From: Vezdaea acicularis
Taxonomy: Eukaryota
Length of the DNA stretch: 64,000 bases
Direction of reading: 5' to 3'
Assembly: GCA_026025075.1 (NCBI GenBank)
Contig: JAPEUI010000040.1
Location: 1-64,000, forward strand
In this document: in pieces, positions 61,558-64,000 of the stretch
How positions within the stretch are numbered: the stretch's first letter is position 1
Layout: the number at the start of each line of letters is the position of its first letter
The notes under the pieces: generated by a model
Database searches by the model: none
What the model saw: only the letters and a program-made list of their open reading frames with translations
Told to the model about the DNA's origin: nothing
Position numbers and translations under genes: made by a program

Positions 61558-62971
61558 ATGGTGTATATCCGCCTGAACCACCTTCCGAAGCTCAAGGAGT
61601 ACAAATATGCCGGTGTCGACCATTCCCTGACCTCGAAATATGTTCTTAAGCCATTCTATAACAATGTCTTTATCAAGCTCTTTCCCTTTTCAATGGCGTA
61701 AGTTCAGACCTCCAAGCGCTACTGGAGCATACGCTAATATGATCATAGCCCGAATCTTGTAAGCTGTCTCCCATCGCGTCGTCTATAGAGGCAGGATATT
61801 GATCTTGCATGTGATCTAGATCACCTTGACAGGATTCAGCTTCGTCGTCGTGAACTTCCTGACTCTCCTCTGGTACAACCCAACCCTCGACCAAGACTGC
61901 CCGCCATGGGTCTACGTTAGCTGGGGCATCGGGCTCTTCCTATACCAGTCCTTCGACGCAGTCGACGGCACCCAAGCGCGGCGCACGCGCCAGAGCGGAC
62001 CTCTCGGGGAGCTCTTCGACCATGGCGTCGACGCCTGCAACACCATGTTAGAAGTACTCCTATTCGCCGCCGCCATGAACCTTGGCCAAGGCTGGTATAC
62101 CGTGCTCACGCTGTTCGGGGCGCTGTTCACCTTCTACGTCCAGACGTGGGATGAATACTTCACCCATCAGCTTACGTTGGGGATTATCTCGGGGCCCGTG
62201 GAGGGCATACTGACGCTTTGTATCGTCTTCCTGTTCACGGGATACCAGGGCGGCGCTCATTTCTGGCATCAGTCGGCAATACGGACTTTTGGCATCTCGA
62301 AACCGGGGTTTCTGCCCGATTGGATATACGAGATCCCGTTCTATGAATGGTTCATGGTATACGGCGGCATCGTGCTTGTCTTCAACACCCTGCAGAGGTA
62401 AGTTCTGCCTTCACAATTCATCCCCTTTCAGGGCACGAATTGACCACGGACATTCCCTAGCCTGCAAAACGTCATCGAAGCCCGCCACAAAGAAGGCCGA
62501 CGGGCGCGCCTCGCTCTCGTCGCACTCCTCCCCATCCTCGGCGCCTGGGTCCTCATCCCCATCTACCTCTTCCTCCAACCCATCATCCTCTACCACCACC
62601 TCGTCCCCTTCACCTTCTACGTCGGCCTCATCAACGCCTTCTCCGTCGGTCAGATCATCACCGCACATCTCGTCAAGGACCGCTTCCCCTTCAACAACGT
62701 CCTCGTCGCCCCCCTCTTCTTTGCCGTTATCGACTCTCTGGGCCCTTTCTTGCAACATAATGTTGGTATCGGATGGCCGAGTGCGCTGGGAGATAATATC
62801 TATCAGGTCTCGTTCGTCTTCTGTTGCCTCGGTCTGGCCGTCGGTGTCTATGGCAGCTTTGTCATCGATGTCATCTATGCCATCTGTGACTACCTGGATA
62901 TCTGGTGCTTGACCATCAAGCATCCGTATGCTCGGGAGCGGCCGCATGAGGCGGAGAAGAAGGTCAAGTAG
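61558..62971 (+). CDS. EPT1: Diacylglycerol choline/ethanolamine phosphotransferase (CDP-alcohol phosphatidyltransferase), includes a 10-nt microexon at 61749-61758
   Basis: LKEYKYAGVDHSLTSKY, M|APNL|ITLTG, signature DAVDGTQARRTRQSGPLGELFDHGVD, C-terminal ICDYLDIWCLTIK. Confidence 0.95.
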
Positions 62972-63232
62972 CAGGCAAGTTGATCATGTATTTGAGCGCG
63001 ATCTGCAATCCAGGGGGGGTTCGGAGAAGATACCGCGCGATGCAGCGCAAATTTTCTTTCAAGTGCTGCTCGAGATTATTGGGGCTTTTTATATATGCGT
63101 TTAACTGACGAGAATGATCTTAATGACAAACCGAAACTAGTTCCGTGGTATATGGCGTGCTTGTTATACTCTTACAATTGAATGCCCATAACTGAGTATA
63201 CACAAAAGCGAAAATAAGGATATGAACCAATC

Positions 63233-64000
63233 TCATTTTCTCGCCCTCTTGACATGCGCATCCAGCGTCCCCTGCCCCTTCCCCATCTTCCTCTTATTGC
63301 CTCCTTTATCCCCACTCCTATTATCCCCCCCTTTATCCGCCGCCCCGCCCATATCCTCTTCCACTGTGCCATCATCACGCTCGCCCACGCCTTCCCGCAC
63401 ACTCCGCCCATTCGCCGGCTTCCCAGCCGTCGGCCCCTCGCCTTTATCATCGAACAGCGCCTTCCACGAATTGTCCAGAACCCTCGGATGATCGCCATAG
63501 AGGCCGACTTTATAGGCCTCCTTCATCCCGTCGATACAGACGGTACGACGCTCGCCGAAATCAAACATTGGCTTGGGATATACCTTCATTCCATTATCTA
63601 CGGTGACAGGGGCAGTCGCATCGCCCTGGATGAGACAACCTGCCTTTTTCTGATCCAGCACGGGGGCTTTCCACGGCTCATAGATGTACTTAACCGGAAA
63701 GTCCTTCAGCTCGGGGACATACCTCCTGACGAAGGCGCCGTCGCGATCGGTCTTCTGCGGAAAGGCGATGGGGGAGTAGCAGCGGAAGAACTGGCTGTAA
63801 AACGCGGTGCAGCTGAGCCACTGCCAGTTGCCGGCGTTGCACGCGACTTCGTGGTCGATGAGCCACTCCTCGAAGACCTCGGCACCGCGCTCCCAGCTGA
63901 TGTAGCAGCCGCCGCGCGTGAGGAAACAGGCGACGGCGTGCCGTCCGAGGTGGTGGATCCATCCTTCTTGCCGGAGCTGTCGCATCAGCGCGTCGATCCA
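63233..64000 (-). CDS. (6-4) photolyase / animal-type cryptochrome family protein, 3' part only (runs off the window)
   Basis: WIDALMRQLRQEGWIHHLGRHAVACFLTRG with the catalytic His pair, ISWERGAEVFEEWLID, NAGNWQWLSC, YVPELK, YIYEPWKAP. Confidence 0.93.
   Translation of the reverse strand, partial: WIDALMRQLRQEGWIHHLGRHAVACFLTRGGCYISWERGAEVFEEWLIDHEVACNAGNWQWLSCTAFYSQFFRCYSPIAFPQKTDRDGAFVRRYVPELKDFPVKYIYEPWKAPVLDQKKAGCLIQGDATAPVTVDNGMKVYPKPMFDFGERRTVCIDGMKEAYKVGLYGDHPRVLDNSWKALFDDKGEGPTAGKPANGRSVREGVGERDDGTVEEDMGGAADKGGDNRSGDKGGNKRKMGKGQGTLDAHVKRARK

Overview
Gene-dense eukaryotic DNA from a filamentous ascomycete (Pezizomycotina-type short introns with GTRNGT donors, CTRAC branch points and YAG acceptors). 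About 23 protein-coding genes can be assembled by hand. Most are conserved housekeeping genes: Arp2/3 subunit ARC15, NDUFAF5, dynactin p62, RPS7, VAM7, EB1/BIM1, a beta-TrCP/FWD-1-like F-box protein, PMC1 Ca-ATPase, a CAP10/GT90 glycosyltransferase, casein kinase I, Raptor/KOG1, Tea1/Kel1, a CECR5-like HAD hydrolase, a QIP/Gfd2-type DEDDh exonuclease, a Yap-like bZIP, PLP2, SEC21, EPT1/CPT1 and a partial (6-4) photolyase/cryptochrome. I found no rRNA, tRNA, CRISPR array or recognisable transposon. The most novel-looking locus is at 27.2-30.3 kb and is fragmented in the ORF track: two convergent secreted-protein genes carry three copies of one domain, each with an intron at the same His-Thr codon position and each ending in APAGWVGD. 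One of the two is a tandem two-domain precursor with Kex2-type sites. Other notable signals are an 8-nt-register NNNNCCGA array upstream of ARC15, two GC-AG introns, a 10-nt microexon, alternative acceptors in casein kinase I, and recurrent C-to-G strand-skew switches near convergent gene ends. All family calls come from motif recognition, not database searches.
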